Below are positions 1 to 10,917 of a stretch of DNA of 64,000 nucleotides, piece by piece. Within the stretch, counting starts at the first letter, position 1; every line of letters begins with the position of its first letter. The DNA lies in NCBI GenBank assembly GCA_036508755.1, contig DATCGV010000007.1, positions 24,153 to 88,152 of the forward strand, written 5' to 3'. Position numbers and translations under genes: made by a program. This DNA comes from Candidatus Limnocylindrales bacterium (GTDB lineage: Bacteria; Chloroflexota; Limnocylindria; Limnocylindrales; CSP1-4). The notes under the pieces were generated by a model. The model made no database searches, was not told where the DNA came from, and saw only the letters and a program-made list of their open reading frames with translations.

Positions 1-1
1 C

Positions 2-1129
<1,128 letters not shown>

Positions 1130-1138
1130 AGGTCAGAG

Positions 1139-1732
1139 ATGGGTTTCATCAGCCGCGTCCTTCGGCCGGCGATCGTCATGCTCCTCGCGCTCACGCTTAT
1201 CACCGGCGCCGCCTATCCGGCGCTGATCACAGCCATCGCCCAGGTCGTCTTCCCGTCCCAGGCCAACGGGTCGATGATCGTCGTCAACGGCCAGACGGTC
1301 GGGTCCAGCCTGATCGGCCAGTGCTTCGATCAGTCCAAGTATTTCTGGGGCCGCCCGTCAGCGGCCGGCGTCACAGACTCGAACCCGTGCGGCTATGACG
1401 CCAACAACTCGGCCGGCTCGAACCTGGGCCCGACGAGCCAGGCGCTGATCGACCGGATCACGGCCTCAGTCGATAGCCTGCGCGCCGCCAATGGCAACGG
1501 GCCGGTGCCCGTTGACCTGGTCACCACGTCCGCGTCAGGCTTCGACCCCGACATCAGCCCTGCCGCGGCCGAATACCAGGTTGCTCGCGTCGCGGCGGCG
1601 CGCGGCATGACTGCCGACGCAGTGCGCGCCGCCGTTGCACGGCATACACAACAGCCGTTGCTTGGCTTCCTGGGCGAACCGAACGTCAATGTCCTGCTGC
1701 TCAACCTGGACCTGGACGGAGTCATCCAGTAA
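1139..1732 (+). CDS. kdpC: potassium-transporting ATPase subunit KdpC
   Basis: 197 aa with one N-terminal TM helix. GAAYPALITAIAQVVFPSQANGS and TSASGFDPDISPAAAEYQ are typical of KdpC. Sits directly after kdpB. Confidence 0.9.
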   Translation: MGFISRVLRPAIVMLLALTLITGAAYPALITAIAQVVFPSQANGSMIVVNGQTVGSSLIGQCFDQSKYFWGRPSAAGVTDSNPCGYDANNSAGSNLGPTSQALIDRITASVDSLRAANGNGPVPVDLVTTSASGFDPDISPAAAEYQVARVAAARGMTADAVRAAVARHTQQPLLGFLGEPNVNVLLLNLDLDGVIQ

Positions 1733-1751
1733 GCCAGTTGCACCTATCGTT

Positions 1752-2939
1752 ATGAGCCGGAGGCAGCGGGAAAACGTGGATCCAGACGATCACGAGCGCG
1801 ATCCCTTCGATATCCGTCCGACCGCGGACGAGATGCTCGCCCGAATCCAGGGCGAGCAGCCGAGCGCGCGCGGACGGCTGCGGCTCTACCTCGGCATGGC
1901 GCCCGGGGTCGGCAAGACCTACCGCATGCTCGAGGAAGGCCACCGCCGACTTGAGCGGGGTACCGACGTCGTAGTCGGCTATGTCGAGGCGCACGGTCGG
2001 CCAAATACGGCTGCGCTGCTCGACGGGCTGGAGGTCGTTCCGCGACGGCATATCGAGTACCGCGGCGTCACCGTCGAGGAGATGGACACCGACGCGATCA
2101 TCGCTCGAAACCCGACGGTTGCGCTGATCGACGAGTTGGCCCACACCAATGCTCCCGGCTCGCCACGCGCCAAGCGGTGGGAGGACGTCGGCGTCATCCG
2201 CGACGCGGGAATTCACGTGGTCACGACGCTCAACGTGCAGCATCTCGAGAGCGTCGCCGACGCGGTCGCGACGATCACCGGTGCCGCGGTCAACGAGCGT
2301 CTGCCCGACGAGGTCCTCGAGACTGCCGATGAGATCGAGCTTGTCGACATGAGCCCACATGCCCTGCGCCAGCGCATGAGGCACGGCAACGTCTACCCAC
2401 CCGAGCGCACGCAGGTCGCGTTGGACAGGTTCTTCACCGAGGCGAACCTGACGGCCCTGCGCGAGCTGGCCCTGCGGCTGACGGCGCGCCGCGTCGAGGG
2501 CCAGCTCGAGGAGACCAGCGGCAGCGGCCGGCTGACCCTCGTAACAGATCGAGTGCTCGTCCTGGTCGACGGCGGCCCGGCATCAACCCGAGCGATAAGA
2601 ACGGGCGCCGAGCTCGCCGGCGCGCTCCACGCCGCCCTCGTGGCGGTCGTCGTGCATACCCCGAACGACGACCAGATGTCCTTTGACCGGCAGCGCGATC
2701 TGCAGGAGTCAATCGATGACGCCGTCGATCTCGGCGCGGACGTGGTCCGGATTGAGGCCGCGGATGTTGCCAGCGGACTGGCCAGCATCGCCAAGCAACG
2801 CAATGCGTCGCATGTCGTGCTGCCGCATCGTTCGCGCGAAGGCCTGAAGCGGATCACGCAGCGGCCGCTGAGCGAAGAGATGCTCGAACGCTTGCCGAAC
2901 GTCAAGCTTCATCTCGTGGGCGAGGCGACGAAACCCTAG
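1752..2939 (+). CDS. kdpD: KdpD N-terminal sensor domain plus Usp-like domain protein (no TM, HisKA or HATPase part)
   Basis: ATG at 1752, 19 nt after the kdpC stop; the longer ORF from 1635 overlaps kdpC. Contains GMAPGVGKTY, LIDELAHTN and TTLNVQHLES (KdpD N-terminal domain), then a Usp-like segment (VLVLVDGGPAS...HVVLPHRS). The ORF ends at 2939. Confidence 0.85.
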   Translation: MSRRQRENVDPDDHERDPFDIRPTADEMLARIQGEQPSARGRLRLYLGMAPGVGKTYRMLEEGHRRLERGTDVVVGYVEAHGRPNTAALLDGLEVVPRRHIEYRGVTVEEMDTDAIIARNPTVALIDELAHTNAPGSPRAKRWEDVGVIRDAGIHVVTTLNVQHLESVADAVATITGAAVNERLPDEVLETADEIELVDMSPHALRQRMRHGNVYPPERTQVALDRFFTEANLTALRELALRLTARRVEGQLEETSGSGRLTLVTDRVLVLVDGGPASTRAIRTGAELAGALHAALVAVVVHTPNDDQMSFDRQRDLQESIDDAVDLGADVVRIEAADVASGLASIAKQRNASHVVLPHRSREGLKRITQRPLSEEMLERLPNVKLHLVGEATKP

Positions 2940-2993
2940 GAACATCGCCACGATCGCCCATACTGCGCGGGTGCGCTGTCCCTGGCACGTCAC

Positions 2994-5003
2994 GTGAGCG
3001 ATCCCAAGTACCTCCACGGCGCGAAGCCCGGCGACAGACGCGTGCGGGTCGACCGGCCGTACGCGCGCTACTTCCGCTATTCCGGCCGCGGCATTCTGAC
3101 CGCCAAGCTCGCCGCCCACGAGCCGACGAATGCATTCGAACGAGCGACTGGCCGGGCGCGGCACGTGCTTTTCGGGCGGCCGCTGTCGAACGAGGAGGAG
3201 CTCGAGGAGCGCCTATCCAAGAAGAAGGCACTGCCCGTCTTCTCGAGCGACGTCATGTCGTCCGTGGCATACGCGAGCGAGGCCAGCCTGTTCACACTCC
3301 TCGCAGCCGGGACCGGCAATTTCTGGCTGCTGATACCGATCTCGATCGCGATCGTGGGTGTCCTTGCCCTGGTCACGATCTCGTATCGGCAAACGATCCG
3401 CGCCTATCCCAACGGCGGCGGAAGCTACATCGTCGCCAAGGCCAACCTTGGGCCGCTGCCGGGACTGATTGCCGCTGCGGCGCTGCTCGTCGATTACGTC
3501 TTGACCGTCGCGGTGAGCGTCTCATCAGGCATCCAGGCGGTGGCCTCGGCGTTTCCGGCGCTCTTCTCGCTGACGGTGCCGTTGATCGTGCTCGCGATCC
3601 TGCTCGTCATGGCGGCCAACCTGCGCGGCCTACGCGAGAGCGGCACTCTGTTCGCCTCGCCCACGTACATCTTCCTGGGGTCGATGCTGCTGCTTCTCAG
3701 CGTAGGCATCTTCCAGACGCTGACGGGCAACGCGCCTCACGTCACCGGCGTGACTCCGGCGCTCGTGCCACCGGAAACATTCGGCCTGCTGCTCTTGCTG
3801 CGCGCGTTCGCCGACGGCTGCTCGGCCATGACCGGCACGGAGGCTGTCGCGAACGGCGTTCCGGCGTTCAAGCCGCCCGAGTGGAAGAACGCGCAGACAA
3901 CGATGCTGACGATGAGCGTCCTGCTCGGCGTGATGTTCCTGGGCACCTCGTTCCTGGCCGGCGTGACCGGTGCGATTCCGGCTGCGAGCGGTGAATCGGT
4001 GCTCAGCCAGATCGGTCGCTCCGTATTCGGCATTACGCCCATCTACTACGTGCTCCAGTTCGCGACGATGGGCATCCTGATCCTGGCCGCGCAGACCAGC
4101 TTCGCCGATTTCCCGCGGGTCGCCTCGATTCTTGCTCGGGACGGCTACTTCCCGCGCCAGTTCGCCTTCCGCGGCGAGCGACTGGCGTTTAATGCCGGCA
4201 TCGTCGTCCTGGCCGCGCTGTCTGTCGTCCTCGTGGTCGCATTCAACGGCCGCGTAGAGCTGCTCATCCCGCTCTACGCCATCGGTGTCTTCACCGCCTT
4301 CACCCTGTCCCAGTCGGGCATGGTCCGCCACTGGCTCACCGAGCGCGGGCCCGGCTGGCGACGAAGCATCTTCTTCAATTCGATCGGAGCCGTTGCCACG
4401 GGTGTGGTCACGGTCGTCTTTGCCGTGGCCAAGTTCGCGCAGGGCGCGTGGATCGTGCTGATCCTCGTGCCCGTTCTGGTTGGTGCCATGGTCTGGATCG
4501 GCCGCCAGTACCGGCAGGAGGCGCGCAGCCTGACCGTCCGGTCACGCATCGTCATTCCGCCGCCCAGCCGGCAGCAGCACGTCGTGGTCGCGGCGCCGGC
4601 GTTCTCGCGTGCCGTCGTTCAGGCCATTCGCATAGGCCAGACGATGGGCAAGAAGGTCGAGGTCGTCCACGTCACGGCCGACCGGTCAGAAGGCGAGGAG
4701 TTCCTGGACCGAGTGCAGGAGCAGGTGCCCGGGACGGAGGTCGTCGTGGTTGAATCGCCCTACCGGACGCTGGTGAACCCGTTCATCCACTACCTCGAGT
4801 CGCGCCAGGCAGAGGATCCCGACGAGGTCACGATCGTATTGCTGCCGGTCTACCTGGCCCGCCACTGGTGGCAGCGCATGCTGTACAACCAGAACACGAA
4901 ACGCATCGGCGACGCGCTCGTCGGTCGCAAGGACGTCGTTGTCCTCGACGTGCCGTATCGGCTGGAGGAAGATCCGGAGCCTGCCCCGGCGAAGAGACCC
5001 TAG
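2994..5003 (+). CDS. APC-superfamily permease with soluble C-terminal domain
   Basis: 669 aa, GTG start, many hydrophobic helices. N-terminal LPVFSSDVMSSVAYASEA motif as in APC-type transporters. About 150 aa of non-membrane C-terminal domain. Confidence 0.75.
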   Translation: MSDPKYLHGAKPGDRRVRVDRPYARYFRYSGRGILTAKLAAHEPTNAFERATGRARHVLFGRPLSNEEELEERLSKKKALPVFSSDVMSSVAYASEASLFTLLAAGTGNFWLLIPISIAIVGVLALVTISYRQTIRAYPNGGGSYIVAKANLGPLPGLIAAAALLVDYVLTVAVSVSSGIQAVASAFPALFSLTVPLIVLAILLVMAANLRGLRESGTLFASPTYIFLGSMLLLLSVGIFQTLTGNAPHVTGVTPALVPPETFGLLLLLRAFADGCSAMTGTEAVANGVPAFKPPEWKNAQTTMLTMSVLLGVMFLGTSFLAGVTGAIPAASGESVLSQIGRSVFGITPIYYVLQFATMGILILAAQTSFADFPRVASILARDGYFPRQFAFRGERLAFNAGIVVLAALSVVLVVAFNGRVELLIPLYAIGVFTAFTLSQSGMVRHWLTERGPGWRRSIFFNSIGAVATGVVTVVFAVAKFAQGAWIVLILVPVLVGAMVWIGRQYRQEARSLTVRSRIVIPPPSRQQHVVVAAPAFSRAVVQAIRIGQTMGKKVEVVHVTADRSEGEEFLDRVQEQVPGTEVVVVESPYRTLVNPFIHYLESRQAEDPDEVTIVLLPVYLARHWWQRMLYNQNTKRIGDALVGRKDVVVLDVPYRLEEDPEPAPAKRP

Positions 5004-5680
5004 CCCGCGGTCTGGCCTTGCTTGCGCCAGGGGTCACAGGCATGGGCGAACCAGACAACGTCCGGATCGAGCGCATTCATCGCCGCGATCGAGGCGTCGT
5101 AGGCCTCCTCGCTCCAAGCGTGCATTCGCCCCTCGCCGGTTCCCGCCCCCCACCATTCGTCGGGTGAGAAGCACGCCTGACCGGCCAGGATCACACGCTC
5201 CTCGGGGCTGTCGATGACGAGCGTCTGGTGGCCCGGCGTGTGCCCGGGTGTGGGCAGAATTGAGATCGCCGGCAGGACGTGCGCGCCGCCGTCGATCAGC
5301 CGGTAGTCGGCGCCCGCGAAGTCGACCCACTCGGGGATCGTGTACTCCGGTTCGTGGGCGGCGGCCCACTCGGCGCGCTGGGCAAAGATCGGGACGCCGG
5401 GGAAAGCCGCGTTCTGTCCGCAATGATCGAAATGCAGGTGGCAGTTGATGATGGCGACGATCTCGTCGTCCGGCACGTCCACCTCGGCGAGTGCCTCACG
5501 GATAGGCCGCGTCGTCGTCTCGTACTCCGCCAGATCTGGATGCGCGTCGCCGATGCCTGTGTCGAAGAGCACCCACCGGCCGTCAGCCTCCACGGCGTAG
5601 ATGACGACGACGCCGCGCTGGCCGAGCAGCGGTCCGTACGGCCAAATGAACGTGGATAGCTCCACCGGCACGATTCTCAC
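5000..5680 (-). CDS. MBL-fold metallo-hydrolase (lactonase-like)
   Basis: HxHxDH zinc motif in INCHLHFDHCGQN, plus TPGHTPGHQTL. 226 aa. Confidence 0.8.
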   Translation of the reverse strand: MRIVPVELSTFIWPYGPLLGQRGVVVIYAVEADGRWVLFDTGIGDAHPDLAEYETTTRPIREALAEVDVPDDEIVAIINCHLHFDHCGQNAAFPGVPIFAQRAEWAAAHEPEYTIPEWVDFAGADYRLIDGGAHVLPAISILPTPGHTPGHQTLVIDSPEERVILAGQACFSPDEWWGAGTGEGRMHAWSEEAYDASIAAMNALDPDVVWFAHACDPWRKQGQTAG

Positions 5681-5698
5681 GTTCGAGGCCGGCTGCGC

Positions 5699-6316
5699 TC
5701 AGTAGCCGCGCGCGATAAGCCGCTCGCGCATCGCGCGCGCGGCCCTGGCCCGATGAGAAACGCGATTCTTCTCGTCCTGCGGCATCTGGCCAACGGTCCT
5801 GCCACCCGACGGCTCGAAGTCAGGCTCGAAGACCGGGTCGTAGCCAAACCCGTTCTTGCCCCGCGGTTCGAAGGCAATACGTCCATCGAATACGCCTTCG
5901 GTCTGCTCGACAACCTGGCCGTCCTCGACCACGACGAGCACGCAGCGGTAGCGCGCGCTCCGCTCGTTGGGACCGTAGAAATCGGCCAGCTCTGTCAGCA
6001 GCTTGCGGTTGTTCTGCTCGTCGCTCGCGTTCACCCCGGCGTAGCGGCGCGTCTTCACGCCGGGTCGGCCGCCCAATACGTCGACCAGAATGCCCGAGTC
6101 GTCGGCGAGCGTGGGCAGGCCCGACTTCGCCGCGTAGTAGCGCGCCTTGATCGTCGCGTTGTCGGCAAAGGTCGCGCCGTTCTCGACCGCGTCGTCGGAC
6201 AGGCCCAGGTCCGTCAGCGAGACGAGGTCCGTGTCGTGCAGCTCGAGCAGGTCGCGCAGCTCGCCGAACTTGTGGCGCGAGCCGGTCGCGATCAGCAGCC
6301 TGCGGCGCTCAGCCAA
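5699..6316 (-). CDS. rdgB: non-canonical purine NTP pyrophosphatase (RdgB/Ham1 family)
   Basis: LLIATGSRHKFGEL, FGYDPVFEP and SHRARA motifs. Classic position next to rph. Confidence 0.9.
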   Translation of the reverse strand: MAERRRLLIATGSRHKFGELRDLLELHDTDLVSLTDLGLSDDAVENGATFADNATIKARYYAAKSGLPTLADDSGILVDVLGGRPGVKTRRYAGVNASDEQNNRKLLTELADFYGPNERSARYRCVLVVVEDGQVVEQTEGVFDGRIAFEPRGKNGFGYDPVFEPDFEPSGGRTVGQMPQDEKNRVSHRARAARAMRERLIARGY

Positions 6317-6409
6317 TGATTTAGCTCCGCAATCGGCCTGCGGGCCGCTGCTGCGCGGTCATCGACAGCTTCCCGCCGCTGGCGGGATGCTGTCGCCTTC
6401 CTTGCGGAG

Positions 6410-7135
6410 TCACTCGCGGCCGAGGACCGTGCGCTGGTAGCGAAAGAGCTGCTGCAGGCCGGTATCGGCGAGCTCGAGCAGACGATCCATCTGTGCCCGA
6501 TCGAAGGGCTTGCCCTCGGCCGTGCCCTGGAGCTCGACATACGCACCGCCGCTCGTGCCGACCACGTTGAAGTCGACCTCTGCGTGCGAGTCCTCCGAGT
6601 AGTCGAGATCGAGCAGCGGCAGCGCCTCGAAGATGCCCACGCTGACCGCCGCGACCTGGCCGTCGAGCGCCTGTTCGACGCCCATCTTGCGCAGCGCGAG
6701 GGCGAGCGCGATATAGCCGCCGGTGATCGATGCGGTGCGCGTGCCGCCGTCCGCCTGGAGCACGTCGCAGTCGACGGTCACCGTTCGATCGCCGATCTTG
6801 GACGTGTCGACCACGCCGCGCAGGGCGCGCCCGATGAGGCGCTGGATCTCCATCGTCCGACCGCTCTGGCGGCCCTTGGATACCTCGCGCTGGGTTCGCT
6901 CGCTGGTCGCGCGCGGCAGCATCGAGTATTCGGCCGTGACCCAGCCAAGGCCCTTACCGCGAAGGTGGGGCGGCACGCGATCCTCGACCGACGCGGCGCA
7001 CAGCACGCGCGTGTCGCCCATCTCGATAGTGCACGAGCCCTCGGCCCATTTCTGCGCGTCGAGCGTGATGCGTACTGTGCGCATCTGGCCGGGCGTCCGA
7101 CCATCCGCGCGAAACCGACCGCCTGCGATGCTCAC
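6410..7135 (-). CDS. rph: ribonuclease PH
   Basis: [25 protein letters not shown] and [18 protein letters not shown] motifs. 241 aa. Confidence 0.95.
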   Translation of the reverse strand: MSIAGGRFRADGRTPGQMRTVRITLDAQKWAEGSCTIEMGDTRVLCAASVEDRVPPHLRGKGLGWVTAEYSMLPRATSERTQREVSKGRQSGRTMEIQRLIGRALRGVVDTSKIGDRTVTVDCDVLQADGGTRTASITGGYIALALALRKMGVEQALDGQVAAVSVGIFEALPLLDLDYSEDSHAEVDFNVVGTSGGAYVELQGTAEGKPFDRAQMDRLLELADTGLQQLFRYQRTVLGRE

Positions 7136-8286
7136 CGAGCCGCCACCTTTGCTTCCTTCCAGAGTTCGTCGAGTTCGTCGAAAGACAGGTCCCTGAGCTG
7201 GACCTCGCGTTGGGTTGCGAGCCGCTCGACATGTGCGAAACGCGCCGCGAACTTGGCACTTGCCTGGCGGAGCGCCGCCTCAGAGTCGATGTCCAGCTTG
7301 CGACCCAAGTTGACGAGCACCAGCAGGAGGTCGCCGAACTCCTCGCGCCGCTCGTCAGCGTTGGTCGCGGCCGTGATCTCGGCCGATTCCTCCTCAACCT
7401 TGGCGAGCACGTCTTGCGCGCTCGGCCAGTCATAGCCGAGGGACGCGGCACGCTCCTGCATCTCCTGCGCGTAGGCGAGCGCGGGCAGCGAGCGCGACAG
7501 CCCGGCAAACGCGGCGGGCATCGTTGGCCGGTCGTCCTGGGGCACCGATTCTGCGCTTCCGTTCGAGCGCGCCGCGCGTTCGCCTGCCTTGATCTGCTCC
7601 CAGTTGCGGATGACCTCCGCGGCCGAGTTCGCGATGGCGTCGCCGAAGACGTGGGGATGGCGCCGGACGATCTTGCTGACCACTTCGCGCTGGACGTCGC
7701 TCATGTCGAAGACACCGTCCTCGGCCGCGTATTGCGCATGGAGCACGATCTGGAGCAGCAGGTCGCCCAGCTCCTCGGCCAGGCTGGGCGTGGAGCCCTG
7801 CTCGAGCGCGTCGTAGACCTCGTACGTCTCCTCGAGCAGGAACTTGCGCAGGCTCAGGTGGTCCTGCTCGCGGTCCCACGGGCAGCCATCCGGCGCGCGC
7901 AAGCGAGCCACGAGCCACGGCAGCGCATAAGGACTGGCCATGTTGTCCAGTGGGTCGAGCGCGGGAAGGAAGTATGTGCTGGCTGCGAGCTCGTCGTCGG
8001 TGACCTGGCCGACCGTCGTGGGCCGATCGTCGTCGCCCAGGCGATGAACAGGATGGTCGGCGGGATAGAGCGCGCGCAGCATCGCGCAGGGCGACGCGGC
8101 ATGCGCCTGCCTGCCGGGCAGCGGCGGTTTGGGCATCGTGCCAGGTTCAGGCACGACGATGAGTGGCATTGCCGGATCGAACGGCCGTGCCACCAGGGCA
8201 GCCTGCCCAAGCAGCTGGATGCCGTCCGCCGCGCTGACTCCGAAGCGTATCTGCACCTCGTCGAGCAGCGCCGTCCAAGGGCTCAT
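7132..8286 (-). CDS. mazG: nucleoside triphosphate pyrophosphohydrolase MazG with N-terminal YabN-like domain
   Basis: Tandem MazG domains ([26 protein letters not shown] and [17 protein letters not shown]) after an N-terminal domain of about 130 aa. 4-nt overlap with the rph start. Confidence 0.85.
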   Translation of the reverse strand: MSPWTALLDEVQIRFGVSAADGIQLLGQAALVARPFDPAMPLIVVPEPGTMPKPPLPGRQAHAASPCAMLRALYPADHPVHRLGDDDRPTTVGQVTDDELAASTYFLPALDPLDNMASPYALPWLVARLRAPDGCPWDREQDHLSLRKFLLEETYEVYDALEQGSTPSLAEELGDLLLQIVLHAQYAAEDGVFDMSDVQREVVSKIVRRHPHVFGDAIANSAAEVIRNWEQIKAGERAARSNGSAESVPQDDRPTMPAAFAGLSRSLPALAYAQEMQERAASLGYDWPSAQDVLAKVEEESAEITAATNADERREEFGDLLLVLVNLGRKLDIDSEAALRQASAKFAARFAHVERLATQREVQLRDLSFDELDELWKEAKVAAR

Positions 8287-8294
8287 CTGTGGCG

Positions 8295-10103
8295 CTATGG
8301 CACCGGTGATCCCTGGTCGCCGCCACCGGTCAGGCTGTTAGCGCTGCTACTCGCATTCGGACTGACGATCGTGCCGTTCGCTACCGCAGCGTCCTTCTGT
8401 GGCGAGTACCAATCAGAGAACGCCGTCGTACGCAGGGTCGAGATCTGGTCCGGGTCAAACGGCCGTGCCTGCTTGTCCTCGACCTTGATGAAGTACTGGC
8501 CGTTGCCCAGCAAGAGTGGGTCGCTGACGCCACCGATCGGCAGCGCCCAGACCGTGTCGACGATGCCCGAGCTGAGCTCGTTCTTGCTGAGCCAGCCGAT
8601 CTCGCCACCCTCGGCCTTCTCGGGTCCCTCGGACAGCTGCTTGGCGACGGCATTGAAGTCCGCGCCGGGCTGGGCAAGGGCATCCTTGACGGCCTGGATG
8701 CGGGCGTCGACTGAGGCGCGCTTGTTCTCGAACATCAGGACGTAGTACGCGGCGTCGCCGCGGATGGGGCCGATGATGTCGCCCTTCGTGTGCGTGCCGT
8801 TCCACAAGGCGTCGGAGACGGCTTGGGGCGGGATGTCCTGGGTGACGTAGCCAACCTCGCCGGCATTCTGTGACGTTGGATCGTCACTGTTGCTCGTGGC
8901 CATCGTCTGGAACTGCGTTGTGCGCTGGGTGACGTCGGTGATCGCGTTGAGCTGGTCGGCGGCCGCCTGGGCCTGGGTCTGAGCGGTGGCCCATGCCGGA
9001 TCGTTGGGATCGAGGTTGGGCGCCGTGTCGAGATTATCGTTGGGCGCGAAGACGATCTCGGCGTAGTCGACCTCGCCGTTCGCGGCGGCCGTGCTCGTGT
9101 CGCCGGTCGAGAGGCCATCGACGTAGATGACGGCCAGCTTGACCTGCTCGGGCGTCTGGGCGAGAGCGTCGGCGGTGACCTTGTCCATGAGGCGCTGATC
9201 GGCGATCTCGTAGCCCAGCAGCTGACGAACCTGGTCTTCCTGGACGGCCTTGAGCAGGTCGTTCTTTAGCGATGCATTCAGCGCGCCGGGCTGGACGTCC
9301 GTCACCCGTCCGATGCGATACGTGCCGTCGTCACCGCGAACGATGCCGGTCGTGCCGCCGTTGGGCAGGGCAAAGAGCTCCTTGCCAAGCTCAGTGTCAG
9401 AGATCGAGAGCTGCGGAACCACACCCATGTCGCCGCCCTGCTGCGAGAGGGTGTCGGTGCCGAACTGCTTGGCGACGGTCGACCAGTCCTGGCCGCCCTG
9501 GACGGCGGCGAGCGCCTGCGTGATCTTGTCGAGGGCCGCCGAGCGCTCGCCGTATGTCGGCCCGTTGGTCGTGTCGGCGACCGTTGGGGCGACGGCGATG
9601 ACGAGCACGTGGCGCTGCTCGGCGTCAGAGATCTCCTGCTGGTAGCGCGCGTCTACGTCAGCGGCACTGACGGTGATGTTCTGGCCCTGGGCGAGCTGCG
9701 ACTGGTACATCTCGTCGATCAGGTTGTCGACGCCGTTGGTCGACAGGTTCTGCGACTGCGTGTCGAGATCGGAGAGCTTGGTGTTGGCCGTGCCGGCGTC
9801 GAGCGTGCCGGCCACCTGGGCCTGTGTGATGCGGCTCTCGTCGCGCGAGATGCGCCACGTCTGGAGGGCAATGTCCGACTTCAGGAGCTGGGGCGAGATG
9901 TCGACGTTGCCGACCTTGCCCACGGGCTTGAGGTTGTCGTTGTACCAGCCGACGGCGACGGCGCCGACCAGGATCAGGATGACCGCAACGATGGTCAGGA
10001 TGAACAGGACGGTGACGGTCGCCTGCTGTCGCTCATCGGTGTCGACCAGCCGGTCGAGGCGCGTGCGGATGCCGAGCTGAGGTCGGCGCGAGCGAACGGT
10101 CAT
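8295..10103 (-). CDS. membrane-anchored peptidyl-prolyl isomerase, SurA/PpiD-like with two parvulin-like domains
   Basis: N-terminal TM helix (VLFILTIVAVILILVGAVAV). Two parvulin-type segments (GGDMGVVP...GIVRGDDGTYRIGRV and GGEIGWLSKNEL...GNGQYFIKVEDK). Confidence 0.8.
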   Translation of the reverse strand: MTVRSRRPQLGIRTRLDRLVDTDERQQATVTVLFILTIVAVILILVGAVAVGWYNDNLKPVGKVGNVDISPQLLKSDIALQTWRISRDESRITQAQVAGTLDAGTANTKLSDLDTQSQNLSTNGVDNLIDEMYQSQLAQGQNITVSAADVDARYQQEISDAEQRHVLVIAVAPTVADTTNGPTYGERSAALDKITQALAAVQGGQDWSTVAKQFGTDTLSQQGGDMGVVPQLSISDTELGKELFALPNGGTTGIVRGDDGTYRIGRVTDVQPGALNASLKNDLLKAVQEDQVRQLLGYEIADQRLMDKVTADALAQTPEQVKLAVIYVDGLSTGDTSTAAANGEVDYAEIVFAPNDNLDTAPNLDPNDPAWATAQTQAQAAADQLNAITDVTQRTTQFQTMATSNSDDPTSQNAGEVGYVTQDIPPQAVSDALWNGTHTKGDIIGPIRGDAAYYVLMFENKRASVDARIQAVKDALAQPGADFNAVAKQLSEGPEKAEGGEIGWLSKNELSSGIVDTVWALPIGGVSDPLLLGNGQYFIKVEDKQARPFDPDQISTLRTTAFSDWYSPQKDAAVANGTIVSPNASSSANSLTGGGDQGSPVP

Positions 10104-10822
10104 CGCAGCCGGCGAATGATCGCCAGCACGAGGCCAAGTCCGGCCCCGAAGCCGAGCGCGGTGCGCCAGTCGATGGTGGGCTGGACATCGCCCTCGAACG
10201 AGCGCGAGATGAGGATGAACGCGTTGGCGCCCTCCTCGACGGTCGCCTGGTTGGCGACGATGGCAAACGCCGAGGCGCCCGACCCAAGCGTGAGCGTGTT
10301 CGTGCGCGCGATGGCAACCCCGCTCTGGTCGAGCGTCATCGTGTCGGAGTTGACGCGTCCGGCGCCACCCTGGGTGATCGTCACCGTCGAGGCATCGATC
10401 GTCTGGACACCACCCTGCTTCAGGTTGACCGTCTCGCCGCGAACGTGTTCCGGGAGCGCGCCCGGCGCGGCAGGGCTGGCGTCGCCGAGCTCGATCGGTG
10501 CGTCGCTGTCGTCGCCCGGGTCGGCTGTCTCTTCGGCCGTTTCTTCGGCCGGGGCCGTGCCTACGAGGTCGGCCGCAGGCCAGGCCGCGTCGTCATCCTC
10601 ATGGTGGGCTTCGACAGCAGGGTCGGCCGTCGCGGGCGGCGCGTCCGCCGAGTCGGCTGACTGCTGATCGTCTGCCGCCGTGTCAGGTCCCGCGGGTGGA
10701 GGTGACGGCTGTTGCTGAGCGTCAGTCGAGGCGGCGTCGGCCACGGTCGGCGACTCGTCCGCATGCTCATCCGGCAACCCGTTTCCGAGGTCCGAGCCGG
10801 GCTCTCCTTCGAAGTCCACCAT
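10100..10822 (-). CDS. hypothetical tail-anchored protein with acidic disordered N-terminus and short beta-type repeats
   Basis: ATG at 10822 is preceded by AGGAG (10826-10830). The listed 742-aa ORF upstream of this ATG is Arg-rich antisense of the GT4 gene. About five repeats of roughly 15 aa (TVNLKQGGVQTIDAS, TVTITQGGAGRVNSD, TMTLDQSGVAIARTN, TLTLGSGASAFAIVA...). C-terminal helix GFGAGLGLVLAII. ATGA overlap with the next gene. Confidence 0.55.
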   Translation of the reverse strand: MVDFEGEPGSDLGNGLPDEHADESPTVADAASTDAQQQPSPPPAGPDTAADDQQSADSADAPPATADPAVEAHHEDDDAAWPAADLVGTAPAEETAEETADPGDDSDAPIELGDASPAAPGALPEHVRGETVNLKQGGVQTIDASTVTITQGGAGRVNSDTMTLDQSGVAIARTNTLTLGSGASAFAIVANQATVEEGANAFILISRSFEGDVQPTIDWRTALGFGAGLGLVLAIIRRLR

Positions 10823-10917
10823 CTGCTCCTGAAATTCCCCCGCGCGACATGTGATCGGTTGTCTGGTTCGGGACCCCCGGGGCACCGCCGCGCTCCGGCG
10901 TGCATCGTCAGGGTCCG

